Shown in pieces: positions 38,228-51,793 of a stretch of 64,000 nt of DNA (the stretch's first letter is position 1; each line of letters starts with the position of its first letter). The notes beneath the pieces were generated by a model. That model searched no databases. It saw nothing but the letters and a program-made list of their open reading frames with translations, and had not been told where the DNA came from. The translations under genes and the position numbers were made by a program. The DNA lies in assembly GCF_006345805.1 (NCBI RefSeq), contig NC_042997.1, forward strand, positions 208,320,001 to 208,384,000. The letters are read 5' to 3'. The DNA comes from Octopus sinensis (taxonomy: Eukaryota).

Positions 38228-38275
38228 GACACCCGATGAAGGCTAGAGGGTATATCAGCTGAAACATTGTATTAA
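38228..38275 (+). ncRNA. Degenerate minimal hammerhead-like motif (PLE terminus type)
   Basis: ACAC-CCGAUGA-A-GGCUAG..CAGCU-GAAAC-AUU-GUAU; several core and stem changes. Confidence 0.35.
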
Positions 38276-38438
38276 CAACAAACAAGATAAGGACAAATAT
38301 CTGTCAAATATGAATAATGTACTGGTTTTAGTTGATTTGATTAAAAGGTAATAATTTTTTTTTTGTAAAAAGTATTCATTTCATCATTTTGTGTGAACAA
38401 GAAATTTTATTTATTTACTTATAAAGATTTTTATAATA

Positions 38439-38603
38439 GACGCATAAGCGGCTGTGTGATAAATAGCTTGTTTACCAACCACATGGTTCCAGGTTCAGTC
38501 TCACTGCGTGACATCTTGAGTAAGTGTCTTCTACTATAGCTGCGGGCCGACCAAAGCCTTGTGAGTGGATTTAGTAGACGGAAACTGAAAAAAGCCCCCG
38601 TTG
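38439..38603 (+). mobile_element. SINE family A head
   Basis: Similar to other family A heads; followed by (TA)n to 38764. Confidence 0.8.
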
Positions 38604-38670
38604 TATATATATATTATATATATATAATATATATATATATAACATACATACACATAATATATATACATAT

Positions 38671-38764
<94 letters not shown>

Positions 38765-38765
<1 letters not shown>

Positions 38766-41629
38766 CTTGAACCTGATATAGGTGATGCAGAAATACACAT
38801 GCCGCAATATGCAGTCTTACGCACAGATAGAAAAGGGAGGAGCCATGGTGGAGTTGCAATGTACATCCGAGATGACCTCACGCCCCAGGTCCTGTTGTCA
38901 TATTCAAACTCAGTGTGTGAAACTCAAATTGTACACATAAGACAATTGAATATCGTCATATGCACTACATATCGCCCACCAGATGCCCCAAATCACTCAG
39001 GCATGTTTGAAGACTGCCTAACAAAAATAGGAGAAGTCCTCACCAACCTTGAACAACACAACAGTGTATTCTTCATGGGTGACTTTAACTTCCCCAATAT
39101 GGAATGGCCTGGGGGGCAGATGCTCTCAGGGATAACACACCATCAGCAGGCACAGGCGGAGTCCCTGCTCCATCTCACAAATGCCTCTTTCATGGAGCAA
39201 ATAGTTCTGCAACCAACAAGGGCAGATAATATACTGGATCTCTGCTTCACAAACAATATGGATATTATCCATAATGTTAATGTGATGCCGACAATGATCT
39301 CGGATCACAACATAATAGAGCTGTCTATGTATGGACCAAAAGTATCCGTAGACACACAGCCTATACGAAGCATCCACCATCTCTCCAATTTAAACTTTCA
39401 TAAAGCAAACTGGAAGTTGATTGAGAAAGAATCCTCAAACAGGATTGGCCTAAATGTCTCTCCACACCGGACATTAACATGAAACACAAACACTTCATGT
39501 CCATAATACAAGCCATATGTGACAAATATGTCCCAGTGTGCAGGGCCAGCACACACAAAAACAAAAACAGGATCCCTAGAGAAAGGAAGCTTCTTATGAG
39601 ACGACGGACAAGGATTGCAAACCGCCTGAGCAAGCACACCAAAAGTGGTGAGAAGTCTCGGCTCGAGAGAATGCTAATGGAATTGAGAAAAGTCTGCATC
39701 AGTCCCATGAAAAGGAGAGAGCAGATAAAGAAGCTTGGGTAATAGAAAAAATATAAAATCAAACCCTAAAGCTTTCTTTAAGTTTGCCAAAGAGACAGCC
39801 ACAGTGCACCAGAGAATAGGACCTCTCTTCCAAAAGATGGCTCTCTCACAGGAATCCCACGAGGATAAGTGAAATACTGAACGAACAATTCCAAAGTGTT
39901 TTCACTACACTAGCTCTAGGACACAGGCATAAAACACCCAGAAGAATTCCTTGCCACTTTACCTGCGGCCAAAGAGGCAAAAATTGAGTACATCAACATC
40001 GAAGATGATGATATCACACTAGCCATAGATGAGATTGACACAAACTCAGCTGCTGGACCTGATGGATTCCCAGCGATTCTTCTCAAATCGTGTAAACGAG
40101 CCCTTGCAAAACCGCTACAGCTTCTTTTTCAGAGCTTTCTTGCAAGTGGTAAGCTCCCAGTCAAATTGAAAGAGGAGGTAATATGCCCTATCCATAAGAG
40201 AGGTAGCAGAGCAGATGCTAAAAATTATAGGCCTATCTCTCTGACCTCACACATCAGCAAAGTCATGGAACAAATAGTCCGTAAGAAACTAATCATGTTC
40301 CTTGAAGAAAATGACTTGCTGTCTGACACCCAGCATGGATTTCGACCAGGTAGAGGCTGCCTAACACAGCTCCTGCAACACTATGACTGGGTGTTGAAAC
40401 AGCTACTAAATGGCTCAAATGTGGATGTAATATATCTCGACTTTGCAAAACCTTTGATAAAGTCGACCATGGTATGATCTGTCACAAACTGCATGGTCTC
40501 GGCATAGGCGGAAAACTTGGAGAGTGGCTGCACAAAGACAGGCAGTTGTGAGCAATGGAGCCACCTCCAAGGAAACACAAATAACAAGCGGTGTCTCACA
40601 GGGCACTGTCTTGGGGCCACTGATGTTCATAGTGGCCCTTTCAGTTGCTACGATGGCCACCCTTGCTAGCTATGCAGATGACACAAAAGTGTCCCACACA
40701 ATACAAAACCCTGAAAATATTGCGCATCTGCAACAGAAGTTGGACACAATATACAGGTGGGCTGAGGACAACAACATGCAGTTTAATGCAGGTAAGTTCC
40801 AGGCCCTGCGCTACCGGCACACAAAGGTAAACGACGTGCATACTGGATACACTGGCCCAGGAAGAATTGCAATCCCTGAGTCAAAATCAGTGCGTGACCT
40901 GGGCATTGACATGAGCAATGATGCATCTTTCCAAGTGCATATTACTAATCTGGTGATAAAATGCAGACGGCTAGCTGGATGGATTCTCCGAACTTTCAGA
41001 ACAAGAGAGAAGGAGACACTGATGGTCCTATGGAAAACATTCGTCCTCAGCCGCTTGGACTACTGCTCCCAACTATGGTCACCACACAATATAAAACTAA
41101 CAGCAGAACTCGAGGCAGTTCAGAGAAGCTACACAAAGAAAATCGTCTCAGTGCAAAATATCAGCTACTGGGAAAGACTGAAAGTATTAAACCTCTTCTC
41201 CCTAGAGCGGAGGCGGGAGAGATATGCGGTGATATACATCTGGAAAATCCTGGAGGGTCTTGTCCCAAACTTTGGCATTCAAACTTACCCCAACCGCAGA
41301 ACGGGGCGCCACTGCATGGTGCCAAAGATTCCAACATCACCATCAAAATACAGGTCCAGATACCGCAACAGCTCCCTAAATGCCTGAGAGACTTACATGG
41401 TGTGGATGTGGGTTTCTTTAAAACTAAACTGGATCTCTTCTTGTTGGGAGTCCCAGATGAACCTACCTCACGACAGGAGACGCAGATGCGGGCAGCAGCA
41501 TCGAATTCCCTTGTTAATCAAGTGCCACGTATCAGAGGTGGATTCACATATTAGTGTAGCTCATTCGGCGGTGGTGCCCCAGCATGGCCGCGGCCTTCGG
41601 GCTAAAACATTTTTAAGGATTTAAGGATA
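38765..41629 (+). mobile_element. 5'-truncated CR1-group LINE (APE + RT), frameshifted
   Basis: APE: YRPP, MGDFN, ILDLCFTN, SDHN; RT: NYRPISLTS, QHGFR, YLDFAK, GVSQGTVLGP, YADDTK, LDYCSQLWSP; tail (TTTAAGGA)n. Confidence 0.92.
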
Positions 41630-42027
41630 TCTCTTTACTCTTTTACTTGTTTCAGTCATTTGACTGCGGCCATGCTGGAGCACCGCCTTTAGTCGAGCAA
41701 ATCGACCCCGAGACTTATTCTTTGTAAGCCCAGTACTTATTCTATCGGTCTCTTTTGCCGAACCGCTAAGTAACGGGTACGTAAACACACCAGCATCGGT
41801 TGTCAAGCAATGCTAGGGGGGCAAACACACACACACGAACACACATACACATATATATACTATATACGACAGGCTTCTTTCAGTTCCGTCTACCAATCCA
41901 CTCACAAGGCATTGGTCGGCCCGGGGCTATAGCAGAAGACACTTGCCCAAGATGCCACGCAGTGGGACTGAACCCGGAACCATGTGGCTGGTTAGCAAGC
42001 TACTTACCACACAGCCACTCCTGCGCC
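41630..42027 (-). mobile_element. SINE family A (full length), tail-to-tail with the LINE
   Basis: Similar to 3214-3617. Confidence 0.92.
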
Positions 42028-42029
42028 TA

Positions 42030-42067
<38 letters not shown>

Positions 42068-42169
42068 GTGTGTTGTGTGTGTGTTGTGTGTGTATATGTG
42101 TATGTGTGTGTGTGTGTGTGTGGTGTGTGTGTGTGTGTGGTGTGTATATATTTCAGGTTAAGACAGCTT

Positions 42170-42345
42170 CTTCACTGCTGTCCAGTTCGGCGGTTGGTAT
42201 AGCTTTTAATTCCAAAGTTGGGAACTAGACCTTCCAGGATCTTCCATGTGTATATCACTGCATATCTTTCTCACCGTCTCTCCTGGGAGTAAAGCTTCAG
42301 TTCTTGTGCCCCTCCCAGTAACTCATGTGTTTCACCAAGTCAATC
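42170..42345 (-). mobile_element. Second CR1-group LINE fragment
   Basis: Minus strand reads ERYAVIYTWKILEGLVPNFGIKSYTNRRTG, homologous to about 41165-41310. Confidence 0.8.
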
Positions 42346-42698
42346 CTCAGAGAAAAGGTGTTGTTACTTGACTTCTACAGAACAGAGAAGTCACCTAACA
42401 ACACCGTTTCTCTGTAGATTTCCTGAATAAGGACTGCTAAGCTTGAAATATTGAAACACCAGTTAAAGGAACTACTCATCGATGTCTATTATTAATCATT
42501 AGAACTTAATTTTCACTTCAAAAAATATTTAAAAGCATATATACATATATCAGACAATGCTTCATGCAACCTATACTACACTACTAGATACACACATACA
42601 CACATACACACACACATACACCACCCCCACACACACATACACACAAAATGGAACGAAAGTGAGATGCACACACTTTCATTTACACAGATCTACGCATA

Positions 42699-43078
42699 TA
42701 TCTATGTATATATGTATGTATATATGTATGTATATATCTATGTATATATGTATGTATATATGTATGTATATATCTATGTATATATGTATGTATATATGTA
42801 TGTATATATCTATGTATATATGTATGTATATATGTATGTATATATCTATGTATATATGTATGTATATATGTATGTATATATCTATGTATATATGTATGTA
42901 TATATGTATGTATATATCTATGTATATATGTATGTATATATGTATGTATATATCTATGTATATATGTATGTATATATGTATGTATATATGTATGTATATA
43001 TGTATGTATATATCTATGTATATATGTATGTATATATGTATGTATATATGTATGTATATATGTATGTATATATGTATG
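42699..43078. repeat. 12-bp (TGTATGTATATA) array with a 36-bp higher-order period
   Basis: Every third unit is TCTATGTATATA over most of the array. Confidence 0.9.
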
Positions 43079-43184
43079 CATACATACATAGATAGCTCTG
43101 TGTGTGTATATATAATTACTCTCCCTGTCTCAGTCGTTTTCATCAGATAACGTTTTTCTCTTTCTCTCTCTTTCTCTCTAACTT

Positions 43185-43571
43185 ATATACACACATACAT
43201 ACATGCAAACATGCAAACATTGTCACACACTCACATATACACACACACATACACACACATACACACATACACACACATACACACACACATACACACACAT
43301 GCACATATACACACATACACTCATACATACATACACATACACTCACACATACATATACACGCGCACATAAACATACACGCAAGCATGCAAACACTGTCAC
43401 ATACACACACACATACACACACACTCATACACACACACACACATGCATGCACACAAGCCATTGTGGTCTTCTTAAGTTACTCTTTGTCTTTCTATTTCAC
43501 TGTATGTCTTTTGTTCTCAAGTCATCCCTTCCTTTCACGCTCGATTTCTCTCTCTTTCTCTCGCTCACCTC

Positions 43572-43620
<49 letters not shown>

Positions 43621-43935
43621 ACACACACACACTCACATACATATTCACACGTTGTCATCATCATTTCACCGTCGCTTACGCATAAAATTTTGTTACAATC
43701 ATTATCATCATTTCTATCATCATCATCACCATGATCATCACCATCATCATCATCATCATCATCATTATCACCATCACCATTGTTACCGTCATCGTCATCA
43801 TCACCATCGTCATCATCCTCATCAACACCAATTCCACCATCGTCATCGTCGCCGTCGCTGTTGCAGATATCCTTTCACATCCAACTGCAATCACAGAACC
43901 CTGCAAACACACACACACACACACACACACACCGT
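43185..43935. repeat. (CA)-rich and (CAT)n simple repeats
   Basis: Direct inspection; source of His-rich pseudo-ORFs. Confidence 0.9.
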
Positions 43936-44524
43936 TTGGTCATGTTCCCTCACGCTCCCATACCAAAGATTTAACATAAACCCCGTCGCCATGTTTTCGT
44001 CTTTATCCCATTCTTCTGAACGGTTTTTGTTTCCCTCCTTCATCAATCCTTCTTAAAATCTCTCTCTCTCTCACCGTCTCCTCCTATTCTCTCACCATAC
44101 CACACACGTTTGCGATCTGGAATTCTCCTCTCTGTCTCACAGCCAACTCTCGTGCCGCCACCTTCAGCGGTGAGAAAGAGGCGGAAGCTGAGACCAGAAC
44201 GAGGCTAATGGCGAATGTGGAAGCGCGTTTTAGATGTTGTAACGAGATAGACGTATAAAATATGCTGACCAGTCAGTTGTCGGCCATAAATAGCTGTAAA
44301 AACTCTCAGCATTGCCGTTCCATTGAAACAGGCAGACGACACAGCAAATAAACTATCTCATTGCCGAAATCTATTTAGAAGATCTCTGGCATACATATAC
44401 ATACACTACATGTTTAACACACACAGACACACACATATAATATATATATATTATTATATATCTAATATATATATATATATATATATATCTATATATATAT
44501 ATATAATATGTATGTATGTATGTA

Positions 44525-44567
<43 letters not shown>

Positions 44568-45007
44568 GCAATATGGTTGATATATATATATATATATATA
44601 TACATATATAGGAATTTAACTGGTTATATTTTATATATACATTTGCGCGTGGGGAATGGAAAGAGAGTTTGTATGATTAAATGTGCTTGTATATGTATGC
44701 GTGTGTGTGTGTGTGTGCGTGTATACAGACGTGATATGACCACAGTAAACAATGCCAACACAGAAAATCCGCATAGTTTATGAGAGCAATATAACACCAA
44801 CAGCAATAGTAACAGCAACAACAACGGCACCAACAGATATAACAACATGAACAACAATAACCAAGGAAAATAAAAGGATGGAAGCCAAATGGACGAATAT
44901 CTAGTGCGTCTGTGTATATGTGTATGTGTAATAATTTGTGCATATATATGTGAATATATGAATAACTATATATATGTATATATAAAGATATATACTTATA
45001 TATGGAT

Positions 45008-45053
<46 letters not shown>

Positions 45054-45257
45054 CAATACATATGCGTGTGTCAGTGTATAAATTATATATATTACATACT
45101 ACATACATACATTCCTACATACATACTACATACATAATACATATATATATATGTATATATATATATTTATATATATACGAATTATATATAGTTTGCAACG
45201 GGAAACTCAGAGTAACAGGTTTGTTGAATTTTTCTGCTGCTTTAATAAAGTATATAT

Positions 45258-45313
<56 letters not shown>

Positions 45314-45436
45314 ATATTATGTATTATAGTCATATATAATTTTTAAAAAATACGAAGAACAAACGAAAAACAACAACACGCGAAGGTTTGGTACACGTAA
45401 AGTATTAGCAGACACTCAGGGTTAGAAAGAAAGGTG

Positions 45437-45471
45437 GTTTTACGTTTCGAGCAAAGCTCTTCTTCATAAAC
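45437..45471 (-). ncRNA. Minimal hammerhead-like motif in a PLE-type terminus (45340-45530)
   Basis: GUUU-AUGAAGA-A-GAGC uuu GCUC-GAAAC-GUA-AAAC; C3 changed to A. Confidence 0.45.
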
Positions 45472-45706
45472 AGGAGACAGAGGAAAGTTCAAGATAAAAG
45501 GAAGACGGAAGTGAAAAAATCGTGTTTATATATAAGGATTCACGTGTTTATATATAAATATATGTACATGTGTATATATATATATGTATAGATATATAGA
45601 TATATAGATATATATGTATATATATATACGTATATAAATATATATATATATATGTATATATGTTTATATATATATATATGTATATGTATATATGTATATA
45701 TATATG

Positions 45707-45757
<51 letters not shown>

Positions 45758-46111
45758 ATGAAGTAATGTTTATCGCCACTTAAACATGGGTACTCTATAA
45801 GAACAGTCGATACAGCTGTTTTAACCCCAGGAGGACGCTTCCTCCAGATGGTTACCCGGTGTACTTCGCACTCGATATATATTACTTGTTGGGAGAGACC
45901 ATCACATCACCTGATTTCGATCTTATTCGATCATCTCCACTGATGGATTATCCACTGATGGATAATCGTCTGCAAGACATATCCGTATCCTAAAATAGCC
46001 CGCAATATACAGAAAAATAGTGTCATAATATTTATATGTGTGTGTGTGCGCGCGCGCGTGTGTATTTTCTCTATTTCTGTGTCTGTGTGTGTGTGTGTAT
46101 ATATATATATA

Positions 46112-46533
46112 GGCGTAGGAGTGGCTGCTTACCAACCACATGGTTCTGGGTTCAGTCCCACTGCGTGGCACCTTGGGCAAGTGTTTGCTACTATAGCCTC
46201 AGTCTATAGCCTCAGGCGACCAAAGCCTTGTGAGTAGATTTGTAGACTGAAACTGAAAGAAGCCCGTCGTATATAGTATATATATATATATGATATATAT
46301 ATATATATGTGTGTGGTGTGTGTGTGTGTGTGTTTGTGTGTGGTGTGTGTGTGTGTGTGTATGTTTGTCCCCCCAGCACCGATGCTGGTGCGTTTACGGT
46401 CTCCGTAACTTAGCGGTTCGGCAAAAGAGACCGATAGAATAAGTACTAGGCTTACAAAAAATAAGCCCTGGGGTCGATTTGCTCGACTAAAGGCTGTGCT
46501 AAATGACTGAAACAAGTAAAAGAGTAAAAGAGT
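46112..46533 (+). mobile_element. SINE family A
   Basis: Head to (GTAAAAGA)n tail with small deletions. Confidence 0.88.
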
Positions 46534-46554
46534 GTTTATATATATATATATATA

Positions 46555-47031
46555 TACGAAAGAAGGTTTGAAAAGGCAATTTAAAAGATATTTATTTACT
46601 TTACCGGTTTCACTCTTTGGAAAAAGATTGTCAAAAGTAACATGTAGAAGTGTAGTTGCGTTAATTATTGGTTGTTGCAAATAAGGGTTATAGTACTCTG
46701 TGTCAACCAATATTCTGTGCATGTTTGAATATACACATACAATACCAATATCATTTCCTTCTGGAAACTATCTTAAACATGTCCTTGATTACGATCATTT
46801 ATGTAGTAATCTTTTTTCCCCAATATTTTAAGGAACTTGTTGAACTTTTTTATGTCCTTAACATGTCCCCCTGTTACCAAAAGGCTGTATATGTTAATGT
46901 AGCAAATTTGCAACAACCAATAATTAACGCAAATAAACTTCTACATGTTACTTTTGACAATCTTTTTCAAAGAGTGAAACCGGTAAGTAAATAAACATCT
47001 TTTAAATGCATTTTCAAACCCTTCTTTCGTA
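46555..47031. mobile_element. Inverted-repeat element (about 127-bp arms) with an HHR-like motif in each arm
   Basis: Arms 46555-46682 and 46906-47031; TA-rich flanks; UUGACAA..GAAACCGGUA at 46954-46985. Confidence 0.7.
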
Positions 47032-47329
47032 TATAATTCCACTCGTGCGGTACCCAACAACTTCACTTTGTTTATATATATATATCTATATTCTTATATA
47101 TTATATATATAATAATTTAGATAATACATACATATTATGCAGAGAGACAACTGACCGACCGCAGACAAGCAGACTGGCTTGTTAATTAATCGTTTGATTT
47201 TTTCTTTAATTGGTTGATTGATTTGGATCAGGTGATTATAGAAATCCTTAATATGAAAGGATCCATTCAGGATGCCAGTGCATATGCTGCGCAGGCATAC
47301 GCGGTGATAGGTGCAACCGCACTGATTCG

Positions 47330-47800
47330 GAGATCACTGCGACAACGAAGATTGTGACAACAGACGTGGTAGCCATTGATACGTGACAGGTCTTTTGAAT
47401 TTGACTCGCTTTAGCAGCTCGTCTCTTCGTCCAAGTTGAAATCGTGGGTCAAATGCAGAACGAGGTTGTGCGTTTGTCATGCATCTAGTATGTTTTCAGA
47501 TGATTGCTGCACCCAATCATCCAGTAGAAAGTTAGCCTGCACATCCTATAAAGAGTTAGCAGAGGGCCTGAACAACGATGACCTAGGGACAATTCTGGAT
47601 AACAAAGGTCTGAATTGACACTTCAGGAGAGTTATGGACAATTTCAAAAACTCTGTACTACAGGAGCGGAAATTGCCTGTTCGGGATAATCTCTATAGGT
47701 ACGAAAGTACTAACAGATGGATCTTTTCAACGTTTACACACACAACTACGAAAGCGTCCAGCAAGCCATGCTGTTCTCATGTCAATCAACTTTATCTGAT
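47330..47800 (+). mobile_element. Old Tx1-like fragment
   Basis: YKELAEGLNNDDL and ERKLPVRDNLYRY align with YRGLVEGRYDDEL and REALPFRDKLYRH of ORF 9361-10212. Confidence 0.65.
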
Positions 47801-48419
47801 GATCGAATCACCGCAATTTTTTGTGGCACAGAAAGGCAGCTGATTTATTTCTTCCCTGTGGCCATGTAAAAAAAAAAAGAGTGTTCTTTTAGGGACACGG
47901 TTAAAAGGCTTAAGGCTTTTCCTTTCGAGCTAAAGATTTACCTGCTTGTACTTGCGGCAGCATTCACCCGGGGTGGGTTGAACCGGCTCCGACTGATGAA
48001 TTCACCGCGCCCCTCACGAACGCTAACCCCATCAGAGAGTTGGCCCTAAAGTTCCAACAGGCAAAGAAATGCTTCTGTCGTGGCCCAAGAGTCCAGCTTA
48101 CAAATTCGACAAAGTCCCTCTGGGAGAGCAAGCGTGTCGGATAGCATGGACGCCGTAGCTGTAGTCGTCATTCGTTGTTGAGGAGTAGAGGTCATGTTTG
48201 GATTTTAGGTGACAATATAAATTCCCAAGTGGCCCCCAGTGACACGCATACACACTTTGGGGATGGTGTGATCTGTAGCAGGTCATCTTGCTGTCGATTG
48301 TTTGTTTGTTTGCTTGTTGAGCGAAGCGGTCTTCGTCCCAGAGCTCGCAAGATCGCGCCTCTGTAGTGGGAGAAGTCCGAAACGTGGTCCTTTGCTATTC
48401 GTAAGACCTGCAGAAGAGA

Positions 48420-48621
48420 AAGCAGGTCAACCTCCGACACCGAAAGCATCGACGGATGGATGAATGCACATCCAGCTCAGCGGTTGCGTAGGAAGTCGGA
48501 GACAAGAAACAGGAAGAAAGAGTGAGAGAAAGTTGGATCGAAAGAGTACAACAGGGGGTCGCCCCCCCCCTGCCGGAGCCTCGTGGATCTTTTAGGTGTT
48601 TTCGCTCAATAAACACACACG
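48420..48621 (-). mobile_element. SINE family B body with a third tail type
   Basis: 48505-48621 matches family B; 48420-48505 differs from both other tails. Confidence 0.7.
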
Positions 48622-48734
48622 CTGTCGATTGTCAACCATCGTAGAGGATTTGCTGATCAAGTCACCATTGATTATCGGAGCAGACGTAGCCTTGCTTGAA
48701 GCATGTGGCGTACGGGCTAGTTAACCCTCTGGAG

Positions 48735-49207
48735 CTAAGACCTATCTACAAAGCTTCGAGTACCACTTGGAAAGGGAGTTGGAGAGAGGAGGGAGGGGAG
48801 GAGAAAGACAGTGGGATCTAGGTGAAGTGACAGAGGTGAAGGTTGTGACTGGACACTACTCCCAACCCCCTTGTGTGTTTCACGAAAAAATGGGGAGGGG
48901 ACTGACGAAGTTACAGGAAGCTAGTCTGATCACGTGACTGTCAACAGGAAGTAAGAGACTTGTAATATCCCAGATTAGAACAAAACTAAACCCGGGTTTA
49001 CTTTCAGAAGGATTTTCTCTGTAGGTACCCTAGGGATTCCCTTCCATGATGCAAACCTTTAGAAGTTGAGGTTCCATTGTATTTTGTGTTTTTGTTGACC
49101 CCCCTCTTTTTCAAACCGATCTAAACCGTCCTTCCACCGCAAAGTGCTGCTGGTCATCCTTGTATTGTTACCAACATTGTGGCCCCCTGTGGCCAATACA
49201 AGAACTC
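48735..49207 (+). mobile_element. Old Tx1-like 3' end
   Basis: GAGTACCACTTGGAAAGG resembles 10163-10180; terminus CCTTGT..GTGGCCAATACAAGAAC resembles 10645-10693. Confidence 0.6.
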
Positions 49208-49995
49208 AGGATTATTGTGTCCCTCTCCTTTTTCTTTCTTTTTGTTTCTTTATCTGCTTCCTCTTCTTTTTTCCACTTCCTCCTACCCTTCTTCTTTGCC
49301 TTGTCCTCTTCCTTCCCCTCCTCCTCCTCCTCCTTCTCCATCTTCTTCATCTCCTCCTCTCCACCGCTTCCCCATCTATAGTAATCTCCACCTCCCTTGT
49401 CACATCTGACCTTTTTTTTGCCTATGCATGTTAATAAATGGACATGTGTGTGTGTGTGTGTGTGTGTGCGCATAAATATATATCTATAATTGTTTCCTAC
49501 GTTATACACACATATACACACGTGTATACATGTCTATATGTGTGCGTATATATTCTACAAATGTCTGTGTATTTGTGTGCATGGGTGTCAGTGTTCATGT
49601 ATGTAAAATAAATCTACGTATATATAAATGTATATATATATATATATATATAAATAAATATATATTATATATTTAATATATAGATATATATAATATATAT
49701 ATGCATAATGCATACGTTCTTGCAAATATACATACATGCACATGGAATATATATATATGTCTATATATATATTATATTTGTGTATATTGTGTGTGTATTA
49801 GTATGTATATATGTATATATATATGTATATATACATATATATATACATATATATATATATATGTATGTATGTATGTATATATATATATACATATGTATGT
49901 ATGTATATATATATATATATATATACAAAAATACTCACTTGTCCATATTCTGTGTATTTATATATATACACACATATCTTTCCCTCTCTCCCGCT

Positions 49996-50027
<32 letters not shown>

Positions 50028-51067
50028 ATATGCAATATATTCTCCGTCATTTTATCAATCAACCGATCATTACTACTTCGTCCATTTTCCTTCGCGATTT
50101 ATCACCACCACCGCCGCCACCGCCGCCACCACCACCTCCAACACCAACCCCCAACCCCCACCCCCGCCACCAGTACCACCATCCACAGGATTCGAACATC
50201 TTACACCACATAAACGATCGCTTCACCCAAGACACCTTATCTCATTCTTCAACATTCACCAAATCTTTATCTGCCTCAATGACTGGAATAACGAAAAAAA
50301 AAATAAAATAAATAAAATAAGAGAAAAAAAAGAAGAGGCAAAAACGAAAGCTGAGTGAAGAATTCTTAAGACAGAGACAACAAACAACATAACAGCCAAA
50401 GAGAATCAAAGACAGGAGCTTATATGGATCAAAATTTGGCTTTCTTCCCTCCATTCGCTTTTTTCTCTATCGAAGACAGTAACATCTTTCCAACCCCCTC
50501 TGCTACCAATTCGGAGATACCACACACACACACACTTTATATATATATGTGGGGTGTGTGTGTGTGTGTGTATGTGTCTGTGTGTGTGTGTGTGTGTGAG
50601 TGTGTATACCAGTACATGCATACACATCTTTATATATACATGCACATAGTGTATACACGTATGCTATACTTATATATTATACCACACTATACACGCAAAT
50701 ATATACAATCTATATATATACAATATATTATATACAATATATATATATAACAATATATCTATATATATTATATATATATATATAATATATATATATATGC
50801 ATACATGCACATGAATGCATATAAATATATGTGAATATATATCTATATACATATACCATGCAATAATATTTACGTATAAACATAAAATGTATACGCATAT
50901 ATACACATGTATATATAATATCTTATATATGTACACACTTATATGTGAATTGTGAATGTATTAGTTATGTTTTCTTTCAATGTTGTACCACAGAATATAT
51001 ATTTTGCCTAAAAATCAATATATACAACTATGCAGTATAGCATATATGTGTGTGTGTATACATACAT

Positions 51068-51124
<57 letters not shown>

Positions 51125-51223
51125 TGTGTGTGTGTGTGTGTGTGTTGTGTGTGTGTGTGTGTGTGTATGTATGTTATGTATTATATACATACATAAATAC
51201 ATACATACCTACATACATACAAA

Positions 51224-51258
<35 letters not shown>

Positions 51259-51304
51259 TATGTATACATATATGTATGTATGAATGTGTATATATATACA
51301 TATA

Positions 51305-51490
51305 TACAGTTTAAATTTATAGAAAAACAAATACGAAGACAAGTGTAGGAACAACAAGCAAGTGTATTAGTTTGACGCTCGAGGAAAATGGAAAGGTCAT
51401 TTACGTTTCGAGCCTAAGCTCTTAGACAGAAAGGAATAAGAGGAGATAAACAGAGAGAGAATGAAAAAAGAACGTACAGACTTCAGCGGT
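51305..51490 (-). mobile_element. PLE-type terminus with degenerate HHR-like motif (51398-51433)
   Basis: Homologous to 32335-32520. Confidence 0.7.
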
Positions 51491-51793
51491 CCAACATGGC
51501 GATCGCTGTCCACTCGTTAGACAAGCATGACTGTTATTGAAAGGTAAGTGTCAGCAATGCCTGTGAAAATGGTTTTCAATCAAGTGCAGCATGCAGAACG
51601 ATTCTCGTAAGCAATTCCAAAGAAGTCAGAAGCAAGCAAAGTGCAAGATATCAGGTTCGGCGGAGCAATGGGTTTTATATACAAGATGGCCTTCTCCTAG
51701 AGCAGTGTTTCTGTCAACCACCTTTTTTTATTGACCTCTTTGATCATGTTTTGCCCCGCTGGGACCTCATAGCCATTCGATATTTAAAAACTG

